Source of the DNA: Novosphingobium sp.
GTDB taxonomy: Bacteria; Pseudomonadota; Alphaproteobacteria; Sphingomonadales; Sphingomonadaceae
Length of the DNA stretch: 64,000 bases
Assembly (NCBI GenBank): GCA_027311705.1
Contig: DAICYJ010000133.1
Coordinates: forward strand, 2,217-66,216
Direction of reading: 5' to 3'
Of the stretch, positions 10,901-19,546 are shown piece after piece; within the stretch, counting starts at the first letter, position 1, and every line of letters starts with the position of its first letter. Under the pieces are notes generated by a model. That model had not been told where the DNA came from. It did no database searches and saw only the letters and a program-made list of their open reading frames with translations. A program made the position numbers and the translations under genes.

Positions 10901-11585
10901 AGTCGCGCTCACCCAGCGCCACGATCCGGCCCTCGCCATCGCCGAATATCTGCACTTCGACATGGCGTGCGCGGCGCACATAGCGTTCGAGGAACACGCC
11001 TGCGTCGCCGAAGTTGCTCATGCCAAGGCGGGCCACGGCAGCAAAGCCTTTAGCGACATCGGCCTCGTTTTCGCACACGCGCATGCCGATGCCGCCGCCT
11101 CCAGCGGTCGCCTTCAGCATCACCGGAAAGCCGATGGAGCGCGCGCCCTCGATTGCCTCGTCTACATTAGTGAGCAGTTCGGTGCCGGGCGCGAGCGGCA
11201 CGTCATGCTCGGCGGCCAGCGCGCGCGCGCTGTGCTTCAGGCCGAAGGTGCGGATGTTGTCGGTCGTAGGGCCGATGAACACGATTCCGGCAGCTGCGCA
11301 GCTTTCTGCAAACTCGACATTTTCGGCAAGAAAGCCATAGCCGGGATGGATCGCGCCGGCACCCGTCTTGCGCGCGGCATCGAGGATGGCTTCGATGTTG
11401 AGATAACTTTCCGATGCCCGCGCGCCGCCGATGCACACGGCTTCGTCGGCTTCGGACACGTGGAGCGAGGCCTCGTCCGCCTCCGAATAGACGGCGACCG
11501 AGCGCAGGCCCATGCGGCGCAACGTGCGAATGATGCGGGTGGCGATGGCTCCGCGGTTCGCAATCAGGACAGTATCGAAGGTCAT
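7989..11585 (-). CDS. uca: urea/guanidine carboxylase
   Basis: Biotin carboxylase (IANRG, EMNTRLQVEH), carboxyltransferase (HPSNIHDN, TTKYNPARTWT) and biotin carrier (EAMKME) domains. Confidence 0.96.
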   Translation of the reverse strand: MTFDTVLIANRGAIATRIIRTLRRMGLRSVAVYSEADEASLHVSEADEAVCIGGARASESYLNIEAILDAARKTGAGAIHPGYGFLAENVEFAESCAAAGIVFIGPTTDNIRTFGLKHSARALAAEHDVPLAPGTELLTNVDEAIEGARSIGFPVMLKATAGGGGIGMRVCENEADVAKGFAAVARLGMSNFGDAGVFLERYVRRARHVEVQIFGDGEGRIVALGERDCSLQRRNQKVVEEAPAPLLPDSVRRDLSAAAVRLGQAARYRSAGTVEFLYDAERESFFFLEMNTRLQVEHGVTEAVMGIDLVEWMVRGAAGDFAFLDAAPPRPTGHSVQVRLYAEDPALDYRPTSGTLTAVEFPADIRTETWVMSGSTVSAWYDPMLAKLIVHAPTRAEAVIAMQVALDQTRVDGLETNLRWLRNVVRTPAFVTGEVSTRVLDDIAYTPRSVRVVSGGTATTVQDWPGRQKLWAIGVPPSGPMDDQSFRLGNRLLGNAEGTAGLEVTHTGPTLSFTAPARICLTGPDFGATLDDVPVARGVAVEVTAGQTLSLARTSGGGMRGYILFAGGFDIAPYLGSRATFELGQFGGHAARRLVAGDVLHLGDVPTGPALAATTLPDLPNDWTVRVMYGPHGAPDFFTPEDIDMIVSADWQVHYNSNRTGVRLTGPKPHWARTDGGEAGLHPSNIHDNPYAVGAVDFTGDMPIILGPDGPSLGGFVCPFVVIAADRWKLGQLVPGDRLRFVPVTIADAALADAAQHSLLETGAPCSIMSTTPIAALSPILAELPEAGGRPRTIYRQQGDRNILVEYGQIVLDIELRIRVHALMTELERLALPGVIDIVPGIRSLQLHFDGAQLDQATALANLIDAEQRLGDLADFTIPSRIVHLPLSWRDPATIETIEKYMSAVRDDAPWCPDNIEFIRRINGFPDVAAVENLIFEANYLVMGLGDVYLGAPVATPVDPRHRLVTTKYNPARTWTPPNVVGIGGAYMCIYGMEGPGGYQLFGRTIQVWNTHRQTDAFIEGKPWLLRFFDQIRFHPVSADELTEWRRDFPSGRRSITIEPSEFRLADYRAYLADNAESITAFEERRKAAFDEERAEWQRRGEFDRVTDLAEADAPPAGSVLVPEGSDLVEAPFGGSVWKLLVAAGDEVQAGDTIAVLEAMKMECAVHSPGTGTIAALYMKEKQSLQPGAPMLALRRHA

Positions 11586-12220
11586 GCGGCCACGATCATG
11601 CGCACGGGGGTGGGGTTGAAGGCGTTGCACGGGTTGTTGATTTGTGGGCAGTTCGAAACAACCACGATCACATCCATCTCCGCGTGCAGGTCCACGGTCA
11701 GTCCGGGCGCGGAAATGCCGTCGACAATGCCCAGCGCGCCGTCCGATTCCACCGGCACGTTCATGAAGAAGTTGATGTTGGGCACGATGTCGCGCTTACC
11801 CCGGCCTTCCCAAAGGTTCGCCTCAAGGAAATTCTCGACGCAGGCGTGCTGCGATTTGGTGTGATGGCCATAGCGCAAGGTATTGGATTCGCACGAACAG
11901 GCCCCGCCGATGGTATCGTGATATTCGACCGCCGTGGCGGCGATGGTCATCATCGCGCGGCCTTCGTTCGATCGCAGCACGGTTCCCTGGCGCAGGAACA
12001 GGTTGCCCTGCGCCGCCACGGTATCCTGCGCGCTGTAGCGTTCGCTGTCGTCGGCCGCGGAATAGAGCAGGAAATCGACGGCCTGATTGCCTTCCAGATC
12101 GACGATGCGCAGCGTCTGGCCCTTGGCAATATGGTGCAGCCACGGGGCGCGGGCCGGCACGATCTCGTCGTGGACGATGTCGTCCGAAAGGCCGGACAGA
12201 TGGGGGTCGGTATTGATCAT
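11582..12220 (-). CDS. cgdB: urea carboxylase-associated protein 1 / carboxyguanidine deiminase subunit (DUF1989)
   Basis: GNQAVD, HDTIGGACSCESN, SNCPQINNPCN; adjacent to uca. Confidence 0.85.
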   Translation of the reverse strand: MINTDPHLSGLSDDIVHDEIVPARAPWLHHIAKGQTLRIVDLEGNQAVDFLLYSAADDSERYSAQDTVAAQGNLFLRQGTVLRSNEGRAMMTIAATAVEYHDTIGGACSCESNTLRYGHHTKSQHACVENFLEANLWEGRGKRDIVPNINFFMNVPVESDGALGIVDGISAPGLTVDLHAEMDVIVVVSNCPQINNPCNAFNPTPVRMIVAA

Positions 12221-12232
12221 GGCCTGACCTTT

Positions 12233-13060
12233 TCAGCGGCGGAAATAGTCTTCGACGTTCAGGAAGGCGCGCAGTCCTTCCGGCGTCGAGGTACGGATCG
12301 GATCGCCTTCGAGCGTCACTTCGCCGCGCCATGCCGAAAGGCGCAGCGGCGTGACGGTGTATTCCCCGCGCGGATCAAGCACGTGGGGGCAATTGGCGAT
12401 CACCACGATCAGGTCCATTTCCGCGCGCAGAACGATGGTGCGCCCCGCCTCGAACGGGCCGACCAGCGGCGTGATGGTGCCATCGGGTTCGATCCGGGTG
12501 CCCTTGAACAGATTGATGCAGGGGTGAACATCGCGGCGACCGAGGCCATGCTTGGCGGTGCCGAGCAGGAAGCGATCACGCCCGTTGGGGTGCGGGCCGA
12601 AATTGCTGCCCTCGCCATATTTTGCAGCATTGGTTGCGGCATTGGAGGTGCCGGAAAAGCAATCGTGCGTTTCGGCGGTGTCTTCCACAATGCTCATCAG
12701 CACGCGGCCCATGTCGGAAAGCAGCAGCTTGCCCGCGCCCAGATAGGCGTTCCATTGCACCTTGACGGTATCCGCAATGTTCAGTCGTTCCGTGGGCATT
12801 TCGGCGTTGAAGACCAGCAGCGAGGCACAGGCATCGCACTTCAGATCGATCAGCCGCAGCCGGCTGCCGCGCGGGATGCGGCGCGTGGCATAGCCGCCGG
12901 CGGCCACGGTTTCTTCCCACAGCAGGTCGTTTTCCGGAACGCCGGCGGGAAGGTCGCCCGCCACGGGCGGCAGCACCGGCATTGCTTCGACCACCGTGCC
13001 CGCCATGCTGCGCGCATGATCGCGCGCGGCGAGCGGACTGGCCAGAGTGTCGGTCATCAA
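12233..13060 (-). CDS. cgdA: urea carboxylase-associated protein 2 / carboxyguanidine deiminase subunit (DUF1989)
   Basis: ERLNIADTVKVQWNAYL, LLSDMGRVL, NCPHVLDPR. Confidence 0.85.
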   Translation of the reverse strand: MMTDTLASPLAARDHARSMAGTVVEAMPVLPPVAGDLPAGVPENDLLWEETVAAGGYATRRIPRGSRLRLIDLKCDACASLLVFNAEMPTERLNIADTVKVQWNAYLGAGKLLLSDMGRVLMSIVEDTAETHDCFSGTSNAATNAAKYGEGSNFGPHPNGRDRFLLGTAKHGLGRRDVHPCINLFKGTRIEPDGTITPLVGPFEAGRTIVLRAEMDLIVVIANCPHVLDPRGEYTVTPLRLSAWRGEVTLEGDPIRTSTPEGLRAFLNVEDYFRR

Positions 13061-13533
13061 GACGCTCCTTCGAGAGTTCTTTTGCCCGTTTGCGGCTCGT
13101 AAAGCGGCGGAAGCAGGGCGGTTGTGGTGACGAGTTCGAGCTGCTGGACCCCGCGCACGCGCCGCAGCGCGTCGGACAGTTCCTTCAGGCGGATGGCCGG
13201 CCCTTGCACCAGCAGTACTTCGAGAGACTGATCGCCTTCCAGAAACACGTGCTGCGTGGAAATTACCTCCTTGAGGTAATGCGCCTGCGTCTGCGCCAGC
13301 TGGTGACGCACTCGGCCGCGATCTCCGCGATACACCAGCGTGATGGTGCCGGCGAGCATCTCGTCGGGACGGGTGAGGGCTTCATGCGCGGCAAGCGCGT
13401 GGCGGATCAGTTCTGCGATCAATTGCGAGCGTGACGGCAGCTCGCGTTCGGCCACCATCATATCCAGCTGGCGGAACAGGTCTGCCGGAAGGCTCATGCT
13501 CAGCCTTGCAAGGCTCGTGCTTTCGGAACTCAT
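13057..13533 (-). CDS. NikR-like ribbon-helix-helix transcriptional regulator
   Basis: RLSMSLP...SRSQLIAELIR RHH domain plus NikR-type C-domain (GTITLVY...SLEVLLVQG). Confidence 0.85.
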   Translation of the reverse strand: MSSESTSLARLSMSLPADLFRQLDMMVAERELPSRSQLIAELIRHALAAHEALTRPDEMLAGTITLVYRGDRGRVRHQLAQTQAHYLKEVISTQHVFLEGDQSLEVLLVQGPAIRLKELSDALRRVRGVQQLELVTTTALLPPLYEPQTGKRTLEGAS

Positions 13534-13546
13534 GGGGTGCCCTCTC

Positions 13547-14329
13547 TCAGCTGCTGCAAGTCGTTTCGCTTGCAATTTCGGCTTCCGCCTGCGCCACGGG
13601 TGCGACCCGGTCGCGCAGCGGAAGGTCATAGACGGCGGTCGCGCCATAGCGGTGCGGAGCGTGCGGATCGTGGCGGCGCTTGTCGATCGCCAGCACCCGT
13701 GTGCCCAGCGTAAAGGCCTCGCGCAGATCGTGCGTGACCATGATGATGGTCAGCGCATAATCCCGCCACAGCTTGACGATCAGGGCATGCATATCGGCGC
13801 GGATGCCGGGATCGAGCGCGCCGAATGGCTCGTCCAGCAAAAGGATGCGAGGTCGCTTGACCAGCGCCTGCGCGATGGCGAGGCGCTGCTGCATCCCGCC
13901 AGAAAGCTGCGCTGGGTAGACGTGCAGGCTGTCGCCAAGGCCCACGGCTTGCAGCATCGCGGTTGCCTCTCCCATCGCGGCACGACGCGCCGATCCGTAA
14001 AGCCGCGTCAGGAACGGGGCCTTTGCGCATTCCAGACCGAACACCGTGTTTTCCAGTGCGGTGAGGTGCGGGAACACCGAGTAGCGCTGGAACACCACGC
14101 CCCGGTCCGGCCCGCATTCGGGGGCCAGCGGCTGGCCATCGAGCAGGATCGAGCCTTGGGTTGGCGCTTCCTGACCCAGGATGACCCGCAGCAGAGTGCT
14201 TTTGCCCGCGCCCGATGGTCCGATGATCGAAACGAACGCCCCGGCCTCGACCCCAAGGTTGACCTTTTCGAGCACGACCTTGTCGCCATATTCGACCCAC
14301 ACGTCGCGCAGGGTGAGGAGCGCGCTCAA
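13547..14329 (-). CDS. ABC transporter ATP-binding protein (NitT/TauT type)
   Basis: GPSGAGKS, LSGGMQQR, LLLDEPFGALD; TTG start overlaps the permease stop. Confidence 0.92.
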   Translation of the reverse strand: MSALLTLRDVWVEYGDKVVLEKVNLGVEAGAFVSIIGPSGAGKSTLLRVILGQEAPTQGSILLDGQPLAPECGPDRGVVFQRYSVFPHLTALENTVFGLECAKAPFLTRLYGSARRAAMGEATAMLQAVGLGDSLHVYPAQLSGGMQQRLAIAQALVKRPRILLLDEPFGALDPGIRADMHALIVKLWRDYALTIIMVTHDLREAFTLGTRVLAIDKRRHDPHAPHRYGATAVYDLPLRDRVAPVAQAEAEIASETTCSS

Positions 14330-15141
14330 TGTCCGGCTCCATGCGCCCAGGGGAACGCTTTGCGGCTGAGGGTTGAGAGGGCGACGTCCATCGCAATCGC
14401 CAGCAGCGCGATCCACGCGACGTAGGGGATGATCACGTCCATCGACAGATAGCGGCGGACGAGGAAGATGCGGTAGCCGAGGCCGACGTCGGCGGCGATG
14501 GCCTCTGCCGAGATCAGGAACACCCACGCCGGGCCAAGAGACAGGCGGATGGCGTGCAGCAGGCGCGGCATGGCTTGCGGCAGGGCGACGCGGATCAGGA
14601 TCTGCCAGCTGCTGGCGCCCAAGGTCTGCGCCTTGATGATCTGTTCGCGCGGCAAGGCGGCGACATGGGCGGCGATATCGCGGATCATCACCGGCGCGAT
14701 GCCGATCACGATCAGCGCGACTTTCGAAGTTTCGCCAAGGCCCAGCGCGATGAACAGAATGGGCAGCAGCGCGATCGGCGGGATCACGGCGATGCCGGTA
14801 ATCAGCGGGCCGAAGGTAGCGCGCACCGGGGGCAGCAGGCCGACCACCAGTCCCACCAGCAGGGCCATCAGCGTGGCGATGCCGAGGCCCAGGCCAAGCC
14901 GCTCAAGGCTGGCCAGCGTATCCGCCCAGAACACGAAATTGCCTGAAAGCTGGTCCGGTTCGAACAGCAGCGCGGCCATCGCCTTGGCCATGCCATCCGG
15001 CAGCGGCAGGATCTTGTCGAACGGGTTGGCAGCGTGCCTTTGCGCGGCGAGCACCAGATAGACCAGGACCAGCAGCAGGATCGGCGCTGCACCCAGCAGC
15101 AAGCGGTCCTTGCGGTCGATTTGACGGTTCACCCACCGCAT
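14326..15141 (-). CDS. ABC transporter permease
   Basis: Multiple TM segments; KAQTLGAS EAA-like loop. Confidence 0.92.
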   Translation of the reverse strand: MRWVNRQIDRKDRLLLGAAPILLLVLVYLVLAAQRHAANPFDKILPLPDGMAKAMAALLFEPDQLSGNFVFWADTLASLERLGLGLGIATLMALLVGLVVGLLPPVRATFGPLITGIAVIPPIALLPILFIALGLGETSKVALIVIGIAPVMIRDIAAHVAALPREQIIKAQTLGASSWQILIRVALPQAMPRLLHAIRLSLGPAWVFLISAEAIAADVGLGYRIFLVRRYLSMDVIIPYVAWIALLAIAMDVALSTLSRKAFPWAHGAGH

Positions 15142-15207
15142 CAGCGTGGCACCTTGATAAGGCCGGTTGGGATTAAGCCTGTCGGGATAGAGCCGGTTTC
15201 CACGGGA

Positions 15208-16290
15208 TCAGAGCTTTCCGTCGGCGGCCATTTTCATGAAGCTTTCGTCGAACCGCAGCGTGACGTGGGCGGGGTCGCCCAGTGTCTTTCCGCCGGGAAA
15301 CGACATGCCGACCGCGTCGGCGGACGTTGCGCCCTTGAACAGCCCCTGCGAAAAACTGAAATCGCGCACGCGGGTCATGGTGGTCACCAGCCCGGCGTCT
15401 GACGTGGCGGCAACCGCCGCCTTGGGATCGGTGTAAAGGAACGTGGTGCCAAGCTGGCTGTCGAAATCCTCGGGCTTGGCGCCGGCGAGCTTGGCCATCG
15501 CCGCGCGTGCTTCCTTGCCCTGTGCGTCCTGCCGCTTCATCAGCGCCACGGTTTCGTACCAGATGCCGGCCAGCGCCTTGCCCAGATCGGGATTGGCTTT
15601 CAGCGTGGCGGTATCGACGACCAGCAGGTCGAGGATTTCGCCGGGAATGTCGGCAGAACTGAACACCTGCTTCGCGCCGGCTTGCGAGCGCATGACCGAA
15701 AGCTGCGGGTTCCAAGCGACGGCGGCTTTCACATCCGGACTGGCGAAAGCGCCTACGATATCGGCGTCGGCCGTGTTCACGGTCTTGATGTCGCGCATGG
15801 TCAGGCCGGCGGAGCTGAGCCCGCGCGCCAGCAGGTAGTGCGAGACCGAAAGCTCGACCAGATAGACCTGACGGCCCTTGATTGCGGCCATATTGTCCGC
15901 GTCCTTCAGCATGATGCCATCGTTGCCGTTGGAATAATCGCCGACGATGATGGCGCTGGTATCCTTGCCACCGGCGGCGGGGATCGTCAGCGCGTCCATG
16001 TTGGCCACGGTCACACCGTCGAACTTGCCGGCGGTGTACTGGTTCACGGACTCGACGTAGTCGTTCACCTGAACAACGTTGATCTTGATACCGTACTTGT
16101 CGGCCCATTTCTTCACGATGCCGGCTTGCTGCGCGTAAGGCCACGGCATCCAGCCAGCATAGATCGACCAACCAATGCTGAATTCGTGCCGCTTTTCAGG
16201 AGGACCACTGGAAGATTGCGAACACGACGCGATAAGCAGCGTCGAAGCCATCAATGCGATCCGGGTCGCCTTGCCAATCATGTTGAGCAC
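15208..16290 (-). CDS. ABC substrate-binding protein, urea-carboxylase-associated (probably guanidine), predicted lipoprotein
   Basis: WSIYAGWMPW, NDYVES, DYSNGNDG, ELSVSHYLL; IASC lipobox-like. Confidence 0.88.
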   Translation of the reverse strand: MLNMIGKATRIALMASTLLIASCSQSSSGPPEKRHEFSIGWSIYAGWMPWPYAQQAGIVKKWADKYGIKINVVQVNDYVESVNQYTAGKFDGVTVANMDALTIPAAGGKDTSAIIVGDYSNGNDGIMLKDADNMAAIKGRQVYLVELSVSHYLLARGLSSAGLTMRDIKTVNTADADIVGAFASPDVKAAVAWNPQLSVMRSQAGAKQVFSSADIPGEILDLLVVDTATLKANPDLGKALAGIWYETVALMKRQDAQGKEARAAMAKLAGAKPEDFDSQLGTTFLYTDPKAAVAATSDAGLVTTMTRVRDFSFSQGLFKGATSADAVGMSFPGGKTLGDPAHVTLRFDESFMKMAADGKL

Positions 16291-16350
16291 GATTCCGTCC
16301 CCTTTCGCAGTGCAGCATCATGGCAAACTTTCGGCTTGTCCACCCTAAAA

Positions 16351-16376
16351 TATTACGTTTCGCCACCTTTGTAATA
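16351..16376. promoter_or_regulatory. palindromic operator 1, TATTAC-N14-GTAATA
   Basis: Perfect inverted repeat (7-bp arms with the flanking A/T) 60 bp upstream of the operon; second copy at 16581. Confidence 0.7.
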
Positions 16377-16580
16377 TCGAGCGATCGACCTGCGGCCGGC
16401 GGTACTCGCTTAGATTGCTCGCGAATCGCCGGCAATGTGCGCTTTGTGACACCATCGTGCATCGTCCGGGCAGGGGGAGGCGCAAGAGGGTGATGTGTGA
16501 TTTGCGCCGCCCTGCAACGTTGGAAATGGCGGAATTCCGCAGTGCAGCACACCATTTTTCATACTGACTCACCCCGAAAT

Positions 16581-16606
16581 TATTACGCTTGACGCAATAG
16601 GTAATA
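16581..16606. promoter_or_regulatory. palindromic operator 2, TATTAC-N14-GTAATA, overlapping a possible sigma70 promoter (TTGACG-N16-TAGCGT)
   Basis: Same arms and spacing as operator 1. Confidence 0.65.
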
Positions 16607-16969
16607 TTGATAGCGTTACTGCAATCGCTGACAAGGCGAAGAACGAAATCAAAATGGGTCGCCAATGCCAGTCCGGATAACGATCTGACTTGGCGCAATC
16701 CCTTGGACCGACGCTTGTTGTAATCCCTATGCTTTGAAAAAGTCGAGATTTTGGGATCGATAATGTGGGCCTGCGGGGTGATGCTCTCAATATGCATGCA
16801 ATTCGCTTTGGCTCTATTTGTCAAAGTGGCTGTTACCGAAGAATAGCTTCAGGGATTTGATTGCAATGCCGGGCCAGAAACTGGTCGGCAGGTGCCGTGC
16901 GACATGCGCGGTGCCGATGGGGTGGATGTCACGGAACGGCAGGCTTTAAAAAACAAAGCGAGGGCTGAC

Positions 16970-19420
16970 GTGACCAAGCGAACTTTCCGGATGAAACTGT
17001 TCTGCGCGACCATGCTGATGGGAAGCATGGCATCGCCCGCTTTGGCACAGACCGCGCCGGAGGCTCCCGCCCCCGTGGATGCGCCCGATGCCATGAGCGA
17101 GAACAATGCGATCGTGGTGACCGCCACCCGCCGCGCCACGACGCTGCAGGACGTGCCGATCAACATCAGCGCCGTGAGCGCCGACGAGCTTGCGCGCCAA
17201 CGGATCGACGACGTGCGCGACATCGCCGATTTCACGCCTGGCCTGACCATTGCCGATACCGGCCCCGGATCGACCGGGTCTATCGTGATGCGCGGCCTCA
17301 ATGCTTCGGACACGGACACTACTGGCGCTTCCTACGACAACGCCCTTGGCGTCTACCTTGGCGAAGTGCCGGTCTATTATGACTTCAAGATGCTCGATAT
17401 CGCGCGCGTCGAGACGCTGCTGGGGCCGCAAGGTACGCTCTATGGCCTCGGCACGCTCGCCGGCGCCATCCGCAACATTCCTAACCGGCCCAACCTGACC
17501 GACTATGAAGGCGACATGCACGGCCGCCTTTACGGCAAGGCCCACGCCAGCAAGGCCGGTTACCAGATCGACGGGGTGATCAACATCCCCATCATCAAGG
17601 ACCGCGTCGCCTTCCGTTCGGCCACCGGGTATTACTACGATCCGGGATTCATCGACTACACGCGGATTCTGCAAACGCCCGGCGTATCGCTGCCGCAGCC
17701 GGAAGGGGCAGGCGTAGTTACCCCTGCGTTCTACGACGCCAACCTCACGACGCGCAAGGATCTCAATTTCGAGCGAACCTTCTCCACGCGAAACCAGTTG
17801 CTGTTCCAGCTTACCGACGACCTGTCGGTCGATTTTACCTATGCCTACCAGCGCACGAAAACCGAAGGTGGCCAGTACAACAGCAATGGCGTGCTCGGCA
17901 CCGGCAAGTACGAAAGCGCAGCACGCTATTCCGAGCCGGTCGACCGCCATGCGCACCTGGCCAGCATGGAAATCAACGCCAATGTCGGCAACGTTTTCGA
18001 TCTCGTGGCGACCACCGCCTATACCGAGGTGAAGAACAGCCGGCGCGGCGACAATACCGATCTCCTGCTCGATCTCGATTATGGATACGAGACGTTCCCG
18101 GCCTTTTCGAGCTGGAACGAGAGCCAGGACGAGCGCAAGCAGTTCAACCAGGAAATCCGGCTGGTCTCGCGTCACGGCGGCCCGTTCAGCTGGGTTCTGG
18201 GTGGCTTCTTCAACGAGCAGAAACTGCAACGCGATTATATCGAGCACCTGCCCAATCATCCGTGGGTTGAATTCGGCACGCAGCCCAATCCTGACGAAGT
18301 CGAATACGCATCCTACGTGACTTCGAAGGTTACTGAAAAGGCGGTATTCGGCGAAGGCACTTTCCGGATTACGCCGCAGTGGCAGTTGACTGCGGGCGGT
18401 CGATATTTCAGCTACGATTCAAAGATCGCGGGCGCACTGGTGGTGCCGCTGATCGGCGATCCGGTAAGCCCCTATGATCTGCCCGCGGCCGGTGGCCTGG
18501 CGAAAAAGTCCGGCGGGGTGTGGAAATTCAACAGCTCGTACAACTTCACGCCCAACTTCATGGTCTATGCCACCTACAGCAAGGGCTATCGCATTGGCGG
18601 ACCCAACAGCGTCGCGCCGTGTCCCGATCCGCTGCCCAACGATCCCGATGGCGATAACATCAATAACACCCAGCTGCCCTGCGGCCTGCCGAACGAAGTG
18701 CAGTTTGGCCCGGATACCACCAAGAACGCCGAAATCGGTATCCGCGCTCAACTGTTCGACCGCAAGTTGACGTTCAATGTGAACGTTTACCAGATCAAGT
18801 GGGACGGCATCCAGGTCGCGTCCACAACGCTCAACGGTATCGTCGGCATCACCGTCAACGGCGGCAAGGCGAAATCCGAAGGGTTTGAAACGTCGTTCCA
18901 GCTGCGTCCGATCGATCATCTGTCGATCCAGGGCACCTATTCCTACGTCAACGCACGGCTGACCGAGGACGTGCCCGACAACATCGCGGTCAATTCGCCG
19001 GCCGGCAGCTATCCCAGCGTGCCGATCAAGCTGGATGCGCTGGCAGGTGACCGTCTGCCGGGCTCTGCCAAGCATAGCGGCAGCTTGGGTGTGACCTACA
19101 CGGTGCCGTTCAAGGACGGCAATGTGATCGCCGACTGGACGGCGACCTATCGCGGCGATGTGGTCACGCGGCTCGGCTGGGATCGCGCGTTTGGCGACAA
19201 GTTGCCGGGCTTTGTCCTCCACCGGGCATCGCTGGCCTATGAAGCCGACCAGTTCAGCATCGGCCTGTTTGCAAACAACATCTTTGACAAATTTGCCGTG
19301 GCCTCGGTCGCCCAGGATCGCTCGCGGGTCGGCCTGAACGACGGCGTGCTGCTGCGCTACTACCGAAAAACAGTCATCAATCCCCGCACGTTCGGCATCG
19401 AAATGCGGGTCCACTATTGA
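16970..19420 (+). CDS. TonB-dependent receptor
   Basis: Signal peptide; IVVTATRR; LLGPQGTLYG plug; C-terminal PRTFGIEMRVHY; GTG start with GAGGG RBS. Confidence 0.95.
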   Translation: MTKRTFRMKLFCATMLMGSMASPALAQTAPEAPAPVDAPDAMSENNAIVVTATRRATTLQDVPINISAVSADELARQRIDDVRDIADFTPGLTIADTGPGSTGSIVMRGLNASDTDTTGASYDNALGVYLGEVPVYYDFKMLDIARVETLLGPQGTLYGLGTLAGAIRNIPNRPNLTDYEGDMHGRLYGKAHASKAGYQIDGVINIPIIKDRVAFRSATGYYYDPGFIDYTRILQTPGVSLPQPEGAGVVTPAFYDANLTTRKDLNFERTFSTRNQLLFQLTDDLSVDFTYAYQRTKTEGGQYNSNGVLGTGKYESAARYSEPVDRHAHLASMEINANVGNVFDLVATTAYTEVKNSRRGDNTDLLLDLDYGYETFPAFSSWNESQDERKQFNQEIRLVSRHGGPFSWVLGGFFNEQKLQRDYIEHLPNHPWVEFGTQPNPDEVEYASYVTSKVTEKAVFGEGTFRITPQWQLTAGGRYFSYDSKIAGALVVPLIGDPVSPYDLPAAGGLAKKSGGVWKFNSSYNFTPNFMVYATYSKGYRIGGPNSVAPCPDPLPNDPDGDNINNTQLPCGLPNEVQFGPDTTKNAEIGIRAQLFDRKLTFNVNVYQIKWDGIQVASTTLNGIVGITVNGGKAKSEGFETSFQLRPIDHLSIQGTYSYVNARLTEDVPDNIAVNSPAGSYPSVPIKLDALAGDRLPGSAKHSGSLGVTYTVPFKDGNVIADWTATYRGDVVTRLGWDRAFGDKLPGFVLHRASLAYEADQFSIGLFANNIFDKFAVASVAQDRSRVGLNDGVLLRYYRKTVINPRTFGIEMRVHY

Positions 19421-19546
19421 TTGCAAGCGGCGCCCGATCCCAAAATACGGCGGATCGGGACGTTGCTCTTTCGCAGTTACGCCAAATGACGTACCTTGCC
19501 GAAGGAATTTTGCGCCTACTCTCTCGCGACAAAGGCTGTGAGAACC

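Noticed and set aside
7908-13102. Long antisense ORFs (also e.g. 18419-20632, 21727-23697, 37075-39321, 55069-57372)
   Set aside because: Shadows of high-GC genes on the opposite strand; no motifs or RBS.
15162-15199. Degenerate 15-bp tandem repeat between the binding-protein and permease genes
   Set aside because: About 2.5 poor copies; most likely slippage, and not a CRISPR array (no spacers, no cas genes).
16305-16330. Sigma54 promoter for the nitrogen-scavenging operon
   Set aside because: Minus strand TTGCCATGATGCTGCA lacks the invariant -24 GG.
16291-16560. Guanidine riboswitch upstream of the uca operon
   Set aside because: Only weak fragments on the minus strand (GGGTGGACAAGCCG; CCGGACGA); the conserved stems of classes I-III could not be built by eye. 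An Infernal search is needed for certainty.
16345-16824. 159-aa ORF in the divergent intergenic region
   Set aside because: Atypical composition; spans the operator and promoter sequences.
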